Assembly (NCBI GenBank): GCA_000002435.2
Contig: CM018789.1
Source of the DNA: Giardia intestinalis
Lineage: Eukaryota
Direction: 5' to 3' (one strand)
DNA length: 64,000 nt
Positions within the stretch are counted from its first letter, which is position 1. The number at the start of each line of letters is the position of its first letter. This document shows, piece by piece, positions 42,823-53,806 of the stretch. Under the pieces are notes generated by a model. The model saw only the letters and a list, made by a program, of their open reading frames with translations. It had not been told where the DNA came from and searched no databases. A program made the position numbers and the translations under genes.

Positions 42823-42897
42823 GCCGGGCGGGGGATTATGGAAAGTGTCTTAAAATTCAAAATTTTAAAAAAGTTGATCCGATCTGTAAACTTTATG

Positions 42898-45531
42898 CCT
42901 CCAGCGTTGTTTCAAGCAACGGCCAGGAGCTTGTTTTCAAAACTGAAGATGTATACCTCAGATACCGGGGGTGGGAGTACTGCGTCGATGCAGGGCAGGA
43001 ATAGAAGATCCTCTGGGCGCCATCTTGCCTCCATGTCCATGGGATCAAGTAGAGTCCGGGACCTAGAGGGAAGTCTGTTTGATGACCAAAGCAAAGATGA
43101 AGATGATAGAGCGCAATACCGCGGAGTTCCCGCGTCTCAACTCTCTTGGCACATGCAGAAGAAAATCTTATCAAAGAAGCTCTTCTCCGGTGTAGAGGGC
43201 TCCTCAGCTCTCGTCAGCTCTCACTTTGGTGACTCCACTACTCTTTATAACAAGGCGTCGTCATTGGGAGGTAGATTATTATATCTGATGGCTGCGTGTC
43301 GCAAGCCTTTGGAGTCTGTCAGTGTAGATGACATGTACCAAGTGTTTGGGGCGGACGCTGAGAACGTAAGCCCGGTATATTTCGATATTCTGGAGTTTGT
43401 AGGTCTCTGTTTGGATTCTCGGAGATTGCGGAGTCGTTCTGTCACCTTTGATGAGTCCATTTTCTCTCCTGACATGCCTTTACTGTACGTCACTCGAAAG
43501 TTTGAGCAGGTAATTTTGAAGTATGTGCCGGTGGATTCACCCTTGTTTGAAAGGATTGATGGCATGCAGGATCAGTGCGAGGGTAGAGTAAGGTATGACA
43601 GGCACTACTGGGATGCCTATCCTGCTATCTCCTACGTTAGCCAGCTGATTATGTATACGCTCCTAGATACTGCGATACGGGAACGAGATTTAGAAGAGAT
43701 TGATTCAGCAACCCTGTACGGGAGTGGAGTCATGACAGACAATAGCGAGCCCCTTTATCCCATGGTTTATGTTCTGTTCCGCATGGGCCACTATGAGTCG
43801 CTGACTTTTTTGCTAGAGCGGTACTCCATTGGAGTCCCGGACATTGTCAGCTCTGTGTGCTCTACATTCTGGAAAATATATCAAGGAAACCAGCGCGGGG
43901 ATGTAGACGTCGTAGTCCGTGAGACGGCTGCACTAAAGGCACTTCTAAACTCAGGAGGGTATGCCAGTCTGGTGTCGTCAAGCACATCTGCAGAAACAGA
44001 TCTCTTCTTACTGGACTTTTTGCACTTTTTCAAACCCTATTCCATACAGGCTCTTCTAGACAGCCTCCAGCACGTCAGTGTTGAGCCCAGCAAGGGGTTC
44101 GATTGTGTATTTGAATTTTCTAACCTGTTTCACCTGTCTCTCAGCATGTTCCTGTATACAGAGACGCCCGCAGAGCATTTATGTATTACTATGGATGATG
44201 TCAATTTTCAGATTACGCAACACAATATGTCTCCCATTCGCTCGCTGATATCGTTCCATAATGTCTTGACGTACAACTTCTACAACGCAATATATGTCCT
44301 GGCTGCCGAGGTTGACCTTCTCCCGGAGGCCGTTGGACTTTACTTCCTGTTGGCTATTGTATGCCGTTCATACCATCTCAATGGTGGCAACTTTGACGTT
44401 GTTCCTGCCGCTGCTGTCACTGAGATGAATACAGGGTGTGTGGTGTCGGACACGTCTTTGAAAGCGTTTGCTGGTGTTAAAGATGTCTACGACATGCCGC
44501 TTTGTGAGTTTGACGAGGCCTCGATGGCATCTTTCGTCAATCCAGAGCGCCTAGACACAACCACAGCCATGGGGATGGGCTCGGTCCTGTTTGCCTTTCT
44601 TCTTTGCCACTGCATACATTCGAACCACATGGAGATGATATGGATCTCTAGAGTTCTTCCTATAAACGCGCAGCTTATGCTTCTGGCAACAGTACTCCCA
44701 TTTTTACCGCCTAACGAGAGCATTGTAAGCCAGACATACTTCTCTCAAGAGATCTACCCTGTTCTTCGATCTAGCATTAATCTAGACGCTCTCAAAGACA
44801 CTGTTTTAGTGTCAGATTTTGTGGGATACCCCCATAGACTGCACAGATTGCTCATCTTTCTTCTTGGCGGTGCCTACAAGCTAAAGGGAGAAGCAGTCAT
44901 AGCCTTTGAGTACTATAAAACATCGCTCACACACGGCAATGGTTTGGAGTTGGCTTTTGAGTGCTCTGCGATGATTTTAGAAGCAGGGCCAGTATCCAAT
45001 CACCAGCGTCTGCTTCCCATGTTAGCGTCTGCGTCTAAGCTGCGAATCTTGTACCAGAGCAACGAGAATATGCGTTCGGTTTCGTTGGAAAGCATGTTTG
45101 GGGACACTTTGATATCAGATGCTAATAGCAATGCACATTCCCGCGGTAAGGCTGCAACCGAAATGGCTCTTCACACTCTATCCTCCAGCCTGTATTATGG
45201 TTACAGGCATGTGTGGACGATGCTTGTCCTTGTCGAGGCCAAGGCAACATTGGAGGACACAGGCAATATGGAAGAGGTTGTGCGGTTATGCAATAGAGAA
45301 AGTGGACTGCAGAATATGGTGATGAGCAATGCTCCAATTAACCCTAGACTGGCAGAGAAGGCCACAGTGATTGCAAACTTTCTTCTGAACACTTACAGTC
45401 ACTGTCAACTTGGTGGATATGCGGGTTTGGCTACAGAGTTGGCAGTAGTCCGCGAGCTGTGCAGGAAGGCACACGTTGATCAGTACAGTATGGATCTTGC
45501 CGTGCAAATGTGTAGAGATGCAGATGTATAG
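42898..45531 (+). CDS. Large hypothetical protein
   Basis: The track ORF is 897 aa. The start was chosen at the internal ATG (MPPALFQ) preceded by aaaattcaaaattttaaaaaag. No recognisable domain. Confidence 0.5.
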   Translation, partial: PPALFQATARSLFSKLKMYTSDTGGGSTASMQGRNRRSSGRHLASMSMGSSRVRDLEGSLFDDQSKDEDDRAQYRGVPASQLSWHMQKKILSKKLFSGVEGSSALVSSHFGDSTTLYNKASSLGGRLLYLMAACRKPLESVSVDDMYQVFGADAENVSPVYFDILEFVGLCLDSRRLRSRSVTFDESIFSPDMPLLYVTRKFEQVILKYVPVDSPLFERIDGMQDQCEGRVRYDRHYWDAYPAISYVSQLIMYTLLDTAIRERDLEEIDSATLYGSGVMTDNSEPLYPMVYVLFRMGHYESLTFLLERYSIGVPDIVSSVCSTFWKIYQGNQRGDVDVVVRETAALKALLNSGGYASLVSSSTSAETDLFLLDFLHFFKPYSIQALLDSLQHVSVEPSKGFDCVFEFSNLFHLSLSMFLYTETPAEHLCITMDDVNFQITQHNMSPIRSLISFHNVLTYNFYNAIYVLAAEVDLLPEAVGLYFLLAIVCRSYHLNGGNFDVVPAAAVTEMNTGCVVSDTSLKAFAGVKDVYDMPLCEFDEASMASFVNPERLDTTTAMGMGSVLFAFLLCHCIHSNHMEMIWISRVLPINAQLMLLATVLPFLPPNESIVSQTYFSQEIYPVLRSSINLDALKDTVLVSDFVGYPHRLHRLLIFLLGGAYKLKGEAVIAFEYYKTSLTHGNGLELAFECSAMILEAGPVSNHQRLLPMLASASKLRILYQSNENMRSVSLESMFGDTLISDANSNAHSRGKAATEMALHTLSSSLYYGYRHVWTMLVLVEAKATLEDTGNMEEVVRLCNRESGLQNMVMSNAPINPRLAEKATVIANFLLNTYSHCQLGGYAGLATELAVVRELCRKAHVDQYSMDLAVQMCRDADV

Positions 45532-45663
45532 CTTACCACTGTGCCTACAACACTTTCACTCCTTCTTTTGCATTGGTAGAGAAGGGATCCACACAAGTGT
45601 GTCAAGCCAAAACACGCATTTACTTTGATATTATTTACTTTGCTATTCGAGAGCCTAAGTAAG

Positions 45664-46374
45664 CTAAGCGGCTGCACGCACCGGTTCTCGTTCCTGTTTT
45701 TCGTATTCATACTCCTCTTCAGTGCTCACCTCACGCTCCTTCTGCATGCGGCCCTCTGACTCCTCATTATCGTGGAACTTGACCGGCTTCTTGCCAGCAG
45801 TTTCAGTTACTAGGCTCTTGTATGCCAGCGTAGAGAAATTGTATATTTCATCATACTTTCCTTCCTTGAGCTGTGTGAGGAGCTCTTTTTGGATGGTCTT
45901 TTCTATCTGTGCTGCTGCCAAGGCCTTTGCCTGCCTCAACATGTCTCGCCGCTCAGCCTTCTTCTTGATGTGTACTAGTCGTGGCTCTATGGTTTTCTCA
46001 AGTCTGTGCATCCGGATATGCATTTCCTTTATCTTCTTGAGGCGCAAACGGCACTTGTCGCGTATGTGCACCGGCCAATATTTGAGATTCTTGTGGAGCT
46101 GCTTGACGGCCAATTTGTAGTCCTGCGAGAGTTCCACCATTTCCCATTGTTCGGATGGGAGATGCGCACGCTCGATAACCTTCATATGAAGAACTATGTG
46201 TCCGTTAACGTCCAGGACGGTGGCGTATTGACTGTTTGCTAAGGGACAGAACTTTCTCTCACAGATACCTGTAATGTTGTACTTATTGGTGCAAAAGATG
46301 GTCCGATCTGTTTTAATCTTAAAAGAACAGAAGCCGCGGTTTATGCATTCCCAGACTATCCCGTCTGCCGACAT
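45664..46374 (-). CDS. MAK16: Ribosome biogenesis protein MAK16
   Basis: The N-terminus matches VWECINRGFCSFKIKTDRTIFCTNKYNITGICERKFCPLANSQYATV...HMKVIERAHLP. The C-terminus is acidic/basic. Confidence 0.85.
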   Translation of the reverse strand: MSADGIVWECINRGFCSFKIKTDRTIFCTNKYNITGICERKFCPLANSQYATVLDVNGHIVLHMKVIERAHLPSEQWEMVELSQDYKLAVKQLHKNLKYWPVHIRDKCRLRLKKIKEMHIRMHRLEKTIEPRLVHIKKKAERRDMLRQAKALAAAQIEKTIQKELLTQLKEGKYDEIYNFSTLAYKSLVTETAGKKPVKFHDNEESEGRMQKEREVSTEEEYEYEKQEREPVRAAA

Positions 46375-46485
46375 TTAAATAACAATTTCTTAATTTTAGT
46401 TTAAAATTCAAATTACCATGAATCACATTAGAAATTTTAACTTGTAAATCTAGCTTGGGTCTGGCCTTCTAGTCAACTTGTGTTT

Positions 46486-47136
46486 ATGTCTGCGCCCGAC
46501 ACGGCTCTCCTGGACACGCTCTTGGCTGGCCTTTCGGATCGCAATGCAGCAACTTGCATCCTGAGAAGGGCACAGCAGGCCGCACATGCCCCTGAACAGT
46601 ATGTCAAAAATGTTCGTACCTCCTTATTCCCGGCCCATCTTGACCTTCTTAACACGGTAACACCGACAGCTCTATGGAGGGAATGCGGTCTGCCTGTGAC
46701 TGATGAGAAGAAAGACTCGTTAGTAGCAGCAGAAACAAACTATCTGGATCTCAAAAAAAGCCTTGTTCAGATCATTGCAACCCAAAAATCGGTAATTGAG
46801 CAGACAGGTCCGCCGAGTGATTATGCCTATGCAGGTGCAAGTGATTACTGCCTTTTGCGAAACGCCATGAGCGACCTTCTTACCTTGGTAGATGTAATTG
46901 CAGGAAATACTGAGCTTAAAGAGTTAGCATTCGAGCTTACAACGGGAGTGACCGTTCCTCCTCCTTGTCTTGTAGCTTCTCTGCAAGATTTGCGTGGCAA
47001 GCTGGAGAGATTGATGAAGTTTAAAGAGGCTCTTAGTCGGTATCGCACGGCTGCGACTGACCTCAAAGCGGTGTTGGAGAACGTTCCTAGGCTGGAACCG
47101 CTAACAATACCCCTCCCAGATTCGGGTACTCCATAG
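46486..47136 (+). CDS. Hypothetical protein
   Basis: The track start at 46480 is GTG; the first ATG is at 46486. The ORF is 217 aa with no recognisable domain. Confidence 0.45.
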   Translation: MSAPDTALLDTLLAGLSDRNAATCILRRAQQAAHAPEQYVKNVRTSLFPAHLDLLNTVTPTALWRECGLPVTDEKKDSLVAAETNYLDLKKSLVQIIATQKSVIEQTGPPSDYAYAGASDYCLLRNAMSDLLTLVDVIAGNTELKELAFELTTGVTVPPPCLVASLQDLRGKLERLMKFKEALSRYRTAATDLKAVLENVPRLEPLTIPLPDSGTP

Positions 47137-47170
47137 CGTCTCACTGTGCTGCACAGGTGATTACAATTAA

Positions 47171-48481
47171 ATGCAAATAAAAATGTCCCCTCGCACGTTC
47201 CTTTTCACCTCTGAGCAGGTTTCTGAGGGCCATCCCGACAAAATCTGCGACCAGATATCTGACCGAATCCTGGACACCATTCTGGCCCAGGACAAAATCG
47301 CAAGGGTCGCAGCAGATGTTGCAATAAAAGACAACACTGTCTTCCTTCTGGGCGAGATATCCACCACTGCGGTTGTCGATTACAATCAGATTGTGCGAGA
47401 TGTTCTCAGAGAGATAGGCTATGAAGATGAAAAGACGTCGTGCGACTGGCGCACCGTGGAGATAATAAATCGCATCAGCAGTCAGTCACCAGACATCTAT
47501 CAGGCAGTGTTTCGTCAGGATGAGCTTTGCGCAGGTGATCAGGGCATCATGATAGGATACGCCTCGCAGGAAACGAAGGCTCTGATGCCCGCAACCCACT
47601 TGTTTGCCAATCTTCTTGCCATGCGTCTCAGCCGAGTAAGAAAGACAGGTGTACTGCCGTTTCTGAGGCCAGACAGTAAGACACAAGTCACCATCAAGTA
47701 CGAAGAAGACCCTTTGACTAAGGAGCTCAGACCGATATTCTTAGACACTCTTATCATTAGCACAATGCACGCTGAAGAAATAGGCAACACGGCATTGCGC
47801 ACTGCAATTTTCAAGCACGTTGTAATTCCCACGCTGAAGCAGCTGAAGGAGGACGAAGGTCTTAGTCTTCAAGTACTGCTTCCGGGGTGCGAGGATGGAA
47901 ACCTGGAGAGGTTTGACTATGCGAGTTGGCCAATCGAGGACATCTGTCGCGGCCACTACAACAAGTGTGGTAGCGATCAGCCACAGTACACTAAGCTTCT
48001 CATCAATCCATCAGATCGCTTTGTAATTGGAGGGCCCAAGAGTGACTGTGGCCTAACGGGACGTAAGGTCATCGCAGATAGCTATGGAAGTTTTGGGTCC
48101 CACGGCGGCGGAGCCTTCAGCGGCAAGGACGCCTCAAAGGTTGACAGGTCTGGAGCCTATTTGGCCAGGAACATCGCCATGAGCCTCTGCTCCCCTATGA
48201 ATAATATCTGTAAGCGCTGCATGGTGCAGATAGGGTATGCTATAGGTGTTGCCGAGCCGGTATCTATCTTTGTCGAAATGTATGGCTCAGAATTGAAGCC
48301 AGAGTATGCCGATCAACAACTGATAGAAAGGGCGATTCGAAGGACCTTTGGTCTTACGCCGGGCAAGATCATACAGGAGTATGCTCTGGACACTCCTATC
48401 TTCTTCAACACAAGCAGATATGGGCACTTTGGACGCTCAGAGTTTCCGTGGGAACAGCCCAGGCGTCTCACACTTGACTAG
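47171..48481 (+). CDS. MAT: S-adenosylmethionine synthetase (methionine adenosyltransferase)
   Basis: The N-terminal hallmark FLFTSEQVSEGHPDKICDQISDRILD is present. Internal matches include GDQGIMIGYA and GGGAFSGKD. An AT-rich leader is present. Confidence 0.95.
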   Translation: MQIKMSPRTFLFTSEQVSEGHPDKICDQISDRILDTILAQDKIARVAADVAIKDNTVFLLGEISTTAVVDYNQIVRDVLREIGYEDEKTSCDWRTVEIINRISSQSPDIYQAVFRQDELCAGDQGIMIGYASQETKALMPATHLFANLLAMRLSRVRKTGVLPFLRPDSKTQVTIKYEEDPLTKELRPIFLDTLIISTMHAEEIGNTALRTAIFKHVVIPTLKQLKEDEGLSLQVLLPGCEDGNLERFDYASWPIEDICRGHYNKCGSDQPQYTKLLINPSDRFVIGGPKSDCGLTGRKVIADSYGSFGSHGGGAFSGKDASKVDRSGAYLARNIAMSLCSPMNNICKRCMVQIGYAIGVAEPVSIFVEMYGSELKPEYADQQLIERAIRRTFGLTPGKIIQEYALDTPIFFNTSRYGHFGRSEFPWEQPRRLTLD

Positions 48482-48635
48482 AAAAGCAGTGTACAGTGTA
48501 GTAAACTAGTCTGCTGTAGTAGATCATCACATGACAGGCGTGGCAACAGGTCTTTTGTGTCGAGTTCCCCCGTTTTTAGAGGCAATACTACAGAATTTAG
48601 AGGAAAATTTCAAAAAACAACTCAACATTCAGTAG

Positions 48636-49391
48636 ATGTCTAACCTGCACAGTTCGTCCGGATGCTGTACACCAGCGTGTCCACTGACTACCGTACAGCG
48701 CACAGAACTAGGTCTAATTCCTGCGTCCCCGCGGCGGACCCATAGTCCTATAGACATGAGTTTGAGCCCAGCCCTGTTGGAGCCCCTTGCACGGCTTTCC
48801 TCCAAGAGGGCTACGAACTATCAGGAAGAACACCCACAGGACGACGTTTTCAGCACACCCATTCTTAAAATAGACAATACTGGGGGGACTGATGCAGAGA
48901 CGCTAAGCAACGATCTGCGGGCCTTTGGTCCCATGCGACAGCGGCCAGAGATGGACACCATCCCACTTAGTAATAAATACGGGAGCAAAGACCCCCTATG
49001 GGACCTGGATTACTCAGACTCTGACGACCAGCACGATGCTCTAGAGCCCAATCTAAAGCGTCCTATTGTGAGAGAGAGGCAACAGCAGAATCTATTGGCT
49101 ACCACACCGCGGATACCACTCGGTTTTGACGGCGATATCTCGCAGGCGTCCGATGTCTTAAACAGTGCCGATTTGGACAGACGCCCCATCATGGTCTTCG
49201 ACTCCCCTCCCAACTCCCCCTTGGCCGACGCAATCGCTAGAATACCATCAGTTTTGAGTCTAAGTCGCCTTCCTCTACTAGATAATGCGAGCTCCTGCTT
49301 TGACACAACTGACTTATCCAGGCTTTTCCACGGAGCTGCAGATAATGATATCTCCTGCCCACCACGCCAGCTTGTACATGAAACCAGGTAA
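48636..49391 (+). CDS. Hypothetical low-complexity protein
   Basis: The 251-aa ORF has an ATG with an AT-rich leader. It is Ser/Pro/Asp-rich with no domain. Confidence 0.4.
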   Translation: MSNLHSSSGCCTPACPLTTVQRTELGLIPASPRRTHSPIDMSLSPALLEPLARLSSKRATNYQEEHPQDDVFSTPILKIDNTGGTDAETLSNDLRAFGPMRQRPEMDTIPLSNKYGSKDPLWDLDYSDSDDQHDALEPNLKRPIVRERQQQNLLATTPRIPLGFDGDISQASDVLNSADLDRRPIMVFDSPPNSPLADAIARIPSVLSLSRLPLLDNASSCFDTTDLSRLFHGAADNDISCPPRQLVHETR

Positions 49392-49675
49392 GCCGCAGCA
49401 AAGCCGTTTATGAGTGATTTACTGCACACCATCCATCACTCTAAAGCACTGCATTTGGCACCCGCTTGCAAAGACAAGGTTTGGTGAAATGCGCAGAGCA
49501 AGGGCGTGTTATCCATTTGATTGGTGGACTGATGGAAATAGTTGAAGCCGGTGGTGCCAAATAGCAGGAGAGAGCTCTCTGTAATCTATCTAAGTCGCTT
49601 GCACCTCGGCCAAAAACACAATTAGTGAACGACATGTTACTCAGCAAGACCATTTTCTAGGTCTGTCTCTGTGCC

Positions 49676-50395
49676 TCAGTCGAGCTCCTCGTCGGTGCAA
49701 GCTGCGGGGCAGAACTTTAGCTGGATTGTCCCTAGGAGTGTCCGCATGTCTTGAGTAAGCACGTCTCGGCACCGCGTTTTTATCAGCTTGATCCCTTTAA
49801 GAGACTGCTTTTGGGCGACCAGCACTGAAAGGCTTGCTACGTCAGCTAGAGACCCACTATCGCCAGAGTAGGCTTCTGTGATCATCTTAGCTAGACGCAA
49901 GTTCCCAGCGGCAAGGGAATGAAGAACATAAAGGCAAAATGCCTTCTCTGTTTTCATCAGTAGAGGATTGAGATAGCACCCGCGAGCGGCTGTGGCGTAC
50001 TGTTGGTCGGGAGGGAGATACGGGCCAATCCACGAGAGAAGGTCGGGTCCCATGGGTACCCCGGTGTTGGAAAACCAGGTTTCTATGGCAGCACCCAACT
50101 GGTCCACATCTGTTACCTGAATAACTGCAAGCGCCTCAAAGGCCAGTCGTAATCCATCTATAACAACAACTTGATTCTTTTGCTTTGCAAGACACGTAAT
50201 TATCTTCACAACAAGGCCCTTGTACTCGTCCGGGTTCGGGCACTTGTATACCGCAAACATGTGCAGAGCGTTTGTGGCAAACGTGAAGGCTTCTTCATAC
50301 TTCTTTTGGCGCATAAGCTTATCAATGGTGCTGGTTGCTGTGAGGAGAGCCTCATACCAAGAGGATGCATGGAGATGAGCCTCGACCCTATCCAT
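49676..50395 (-). CDS. Hypothetical helical protein (weak GET4/DUF410-like resemblance)
   Basis: The 239-aa ORF has an ATG start. Only loose pattern similarity to GET4 is seen; that resemblance is not established. Confidence 0.45.
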   Translation of the reverse strand: MDRVEAHLHASSWYEALLTATSTIDKLMRQKKYEEAFTFATNALHMFAVYKCPNPDEYKGLVVKIITCLAKQKNQVVVIDGLRLAFEALAVIQVTDVDQLGAAIETWFSNTGVPMGPDLLSWIGPYLPPDQQYATAARGCYLNPLLMKTEKAFCLYVLHSLAAGNLRLAKMITEAYSGDSGSLADVASLSVLVAQKQSLKGIKLIKTRCRDVLTQDMRTLLGTIQLKFCPAACTDEELD

Positions 50396-50417
50396 TTATA
50401 ATTTTAAAGATCCGTCC
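50396..50417. promoter_or_regulatory. Ultra-short (about 22 bp) bidirectional AT-rich promoter gap
   Basis: The sequence ccatttataattttaaagatccgtccatg sits between two divergent ATGs. Confidence 0.4.
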
Positions 50418-51770
50418 ATGCTTGTCAAAGTAATGTTTGGGGCCACCCACGACCCCAACATTCTATATTTAACAAGAACACAGCTCGATGACAATGTCCT
50501 TGTCATTAAATTAGAAGATAACAGAGTCTTACTGATAGTGTCTGAGAACGACTTTAGCCGCGCATGCATCAGGTGTAGCCACGCACACGTGATGCAGCAC
50601 TTAGATTTCGAGGAAAGATGTTCGTCCGTCTCCCAAATTATTTACACCATCTACAAAAGATATGGCGGTACTTCCATACTGATGCCCTTCACCTTTCCGG
50701 TGGGCCTGTTTGTTAAATTGAAAGAACTCTCACCATCTATCCCAATGACCATAGTTAAGAATCAAGCTTTTCTAATAGAACGCTTGCGAAAAACACCCAT
50801 GGAGTTACAATACATTAAGGATGCTGTCAGAGCTGCCACTGTTGCATTTTCTCTTATTGAGGATGTTCTTCGCAGGTCAGTCATCGAACTGGACCCCGCT
50901 GCTGGCTGCATTCCAAAGACCGCAGACAAACCTGGCTCTGTAGCCTTTCCTATTTTCACAGATACCAACTCTACTCGATCCAAACGTCTCTCTGAATACC
51001 CTCAAAGCTCCCATGAAGCACAGTTCATCCAAAACGACAAGGTCCCCACAAGTCAATACTCAGGCATTTCTGGCATGGAGCCCGAAGGCCTGGAGACATA
51101 TGTTAGCATAGACAACTGCAAATACATTTTAAAGGACACAAAGACAAACGAGACAGTGACAGCTACTTATCTCAAGAACATGGTGCGCACGGAGATGGCG
51201 AGGTTGGGCTACTTTCTGGAGTCGTGCATAATTGCCTGTGGAAGGCAGGCATGCGACCCGTCTTGCCACGGGTACGGGGTCCTACGTCCCAACGAGTTGA
51301 TTGTGTGTGACATTTATCCCAGGTGCATAGAATCAGGATACTACGGTGATATGACGCGTACATTCTTGAAGGGCACCCCTAGCCCCGACCAACAAAAACT
51401 AATGCAAACTGTGCTACATGCACAGAGCATGGCAATACACGAAATTATACCGGGAAAACCATATAGAGACCTGAACAAAGTGGTTAATGACCTCTTTCTT
51501 TCCATGAACTACACAACGAAGAAGGTAGGCTCACACTGGCAAGGGTTCTGCCACGGACTAGGGCACGGGGTCGGCCTAGAGATCCACGAACCGCCATTCA
51601 TAGACGGTGAGGAGACATCCGATGTCTGCACTGTGGGCACAGTCTTTACCATCGAGCCTGGACTTTACTATCCGAGCATTGGAGGCTGCAGAGTTGAGGA
51701 TGTGGTGGTTGTAACTGAGGATGGGGCCGAGGTACTAGGGAGCTATAGCTACAATTGGATAATTCCATAA
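50418..51770 (+). CDS. M24-family metallopeptidase (Xaa-Pro aminopeptidase/prolidase type)
   Basis: The C-terminal pita-bread fold carries metal-ligand motifs HGLGHGVGLEIHEPPFI and VFTIEPGLYYPSIGGCRVEDVVVVTEDG. Confidence 0.85.
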   Translation: MLVKVMFGATHDPNILYLTRTQLDDNVLVIKLEDNRVLLIVSENDFSRACIRCSHAHVMQHLDFEERCSSVSQIIYTIYKRYGGTSILMPFTFPVGLFVKLKELSPSIPMTIVKNQAFLIERLRKTPMELQYIKDAVRAATVAFSLIEDVLRRSVIELDPAAGCIPKTADKPGSVAFPIFTDTNSTRSKRLSEYPQSSHEAQFIQNDKVPTSQYSGISGMEPEGLETYVSIDNCKYILKDTKTNETVTATYLKNMVRTEMARLGYFLESCIIACGRQACDPSCHGYGVLRPNELIVCDIYPRCIESGYYGDMTRTFLKGTPSPDQQKLMQTVLHAQSMAIHEIIPGKPYRDLNKVVNDLFLSMNYTTKKVGSHWQGFCHGLGHGVGLEIHEPPFIDGEETSDVCTVGTVFTIEPGLYYPSIGGCRVEDVVVVTEDGAEVLGSYSYNWIIP

Positions 51771-51827
51771 GAGCCTGTGAATGTCTCTAGAAGCAATAAA
51801 TTTCTTTTGGTCACTTCCTTTGTGAAG

Positions 51828-53621
51828 TTATTGTTGCGTTACTATGGTAAGTGGTCCCCCTGGGCGAGTGCTGTTGTACGGTTGTTTCTTTCTGAACTGC
51901 TGGCCGGTGGAGGATACTGTGTGAGACGGGCATGCTTGATAAGCCCTGGCCAAACTCAAGGATCCATCACTCCACAAGATGCAGATCCCTTCACACTGTC
52001 TCTGGCTCTCATTTTGGAAACCACAGTACAGATATCTATAGAATGCGAACGATATGATTTGTGATCCAGGAGACACTTCCGGAGACGTGTACGCCTTGTC
52101 GATGCGCATAAGAACAGGCTGGGACTGAGCACCGATGCGTTGGGGGTGCACAGAAAAAGATCGCCGAGGACGTGGTATGGAGAGTGTATAAAAAGCTGTG
52201 CTATCCCCGTTGCGGCATAGCATGTGAAAGCTTCGCGTCGAACTAAAATTGGTACTTGATAACTGAAGCATAGCTGGAGGAGCTAACCCTAGCTGTCCTG
52301 CAATAGGGCATGGGAGGCTAAACTGGTAGAAAGGTATGCCTCCACCGTGAATATCAGTAGCAATCAGAGAAGAAAATGAAACATCGAAAGCGAGGATCCA
52401 AAGTGCGTGCTTGGTTCTTGTTGCAGACGACCAGCACAGAAGCCAGGACCCATCATCACTCAGGGCTAAAGGATCCTTTGCTGGATAGAGTGTGTCCAGA
52501 GTAATTCCAGTGCTTCGGTTGATAAATGGTAAATGCCAAATCCTCAAGAAAACCACGTCCTGGTCATCATCAAGCCCCAACGAGTTATCTCGCAAATTAA
52601 TTAGAAACGTTATGACTAAGATCTCCGGTTGCATTGATTGCATCGGCTGCATCGTTGCTGTGCTAACACAGATCTTGAGAAAGGATGCTTCCTCATACAG
52701 TTTTAGTTGGTTGCATGATAAGCTATAGGGCCACACATCAGGATGAGAGGATTGACATTTTGATCCCTGCAAGTGTGCCTCCCGGAAGAAAGAGGGTGCC
52801 CCGTGGTCGATTGCAGTTGTAATGGCAAAGATTGGTTGATTCAGCACATATTTATATGCATGGATACTTGACGAAAGCTCCAAAGGCTCACTACTATAAT
52901 CTAAACTTAAATTAGAGTTGGATGCACTACTGTTCTTAAGCATCATACTAGAAACTTCATAGAGAATAATAAACGAAGGAGATGAGAAATATTCCCCCCT
53001 CTCTGGGAGGTACCGTACACCATATCCAGCAGCAATCGTAATCACGTACAGGTTTTCGGTCTTATGAACGGTCAAGCCGTGCAGAGGGCCGGGATCTGCT
53101 GACTGCTTTCTAGCCAAGCATACTACCTGTGCGTGGACAGGCCCTATGGCGCCGGTGATTTGAAGTGCGTAGATGGCTGTTGTGGTAGAGTAAAACAGAT
53201 AGCTATCACAAAAAGCAATCGACGTTACCATGGCATCGGAGAACGTTGGAAGCAACAAACTGTTGTATTGGCTATCCGCTTCCGAATTTCTTTGTGCAAT
53301 GTTCCGAAAGAGCACCCTGTTTCCGCCGTTCCAGACCAGTACATAATCACCAAATGAATACACAGCCAGGGCTGACTGGTCAACAAAATGAGTGCTCAGT
53401 ATTAGCCCCTTTTCCTTCTGCGCATGTGCCTGCTGCTGTTGCTGTTGAAAACGAAGCCCGTTGTGGGGTGTGTAAGGAGCTATCTGCTCTTCTTTTTCAG
53501 GCCTAGCCTGATGATGCTGAATCATAATATGTAGAGGTTCATGAGTACGAAGATCTTTGTGAAGCTGCCCAGGGCCAAACAGTCGTCTATTGCGCGGAAA
53601 GCCCCGCCTTCCATAGCTCAT
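51828..53621 (-). CDS. Hypothetical protein (possibly beta-propeller-like)
   Basis: The 597-aa ORF has ATG at 53621 with an AT-rich leader. It contains a polyQ run. No confident domain. Confidence 0.5.
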   Translation of the reverse strand: MSYGRRGFPRNRRLFGPGQLHKDLRTHEPLHIMIQHHQARPEKEEQIAPYTPHNGLRFQQQQQQAHAQKEKGLILSTHFVDQSALAVYSFGDYVLVWNGGNRVLFRNIAQRNSEADSQYNSLLLPTFSDAMVTSIAFCDSYLFYSTTTAIYALQITGAIGPVHAQVVCLARKQSADPGPLHGLTVHKTENLYVITIAAGYGVRYLPERGEYFSSPSFIILYEVSSMMLKNSSASNSNLSLDYSSEPLELSSSIHAYKYVLNQPIFAITTAIDHGAPSFFREAHLQGSKCQSSHPDVWPYSLSCNQLKLYEEASFLKICVSTATMQPMQSMQPEILVITFLINLRDNSLGLDDDQDVVFLRIWHLPFINRSTGITLDTLYPAKDPLALSDDGSWLLCWSSATRTKHALWILAFDVSFSSLIATDIHGGGIPFYQFSLPCPIAGQLGLAPPAMLQLSSTNFSSTRSFHMLCRNGDSTAFYTLSIPRPRRSFSVHPQRIGAQSQPVLMRIDKAYTSPEVSPGSQIISFAFYRYLYCGFQNESQRQCEGICILWSDGSLSLARAYQACPSHTVSSTGQQFRKKQPYNSTRPGGPLTIVTQQ

Positions 53622-53806
53622 TTTTCATTGTTCAATTATCTTGCTCAATTGTTTTGCTCAACTGCTGGCCAGGGAGGTGGTCTGGCTTAGCTATCCCACG
53701 CCATCAGAGGACCCAGTACAACTGACTGTGTGGGCACGTGTCCGCATGTGAAGCTGCAAGGTCGCTTCGTAGGTGAAGAGTGTCCCAAACCATTTACACG
53801 TAGCCA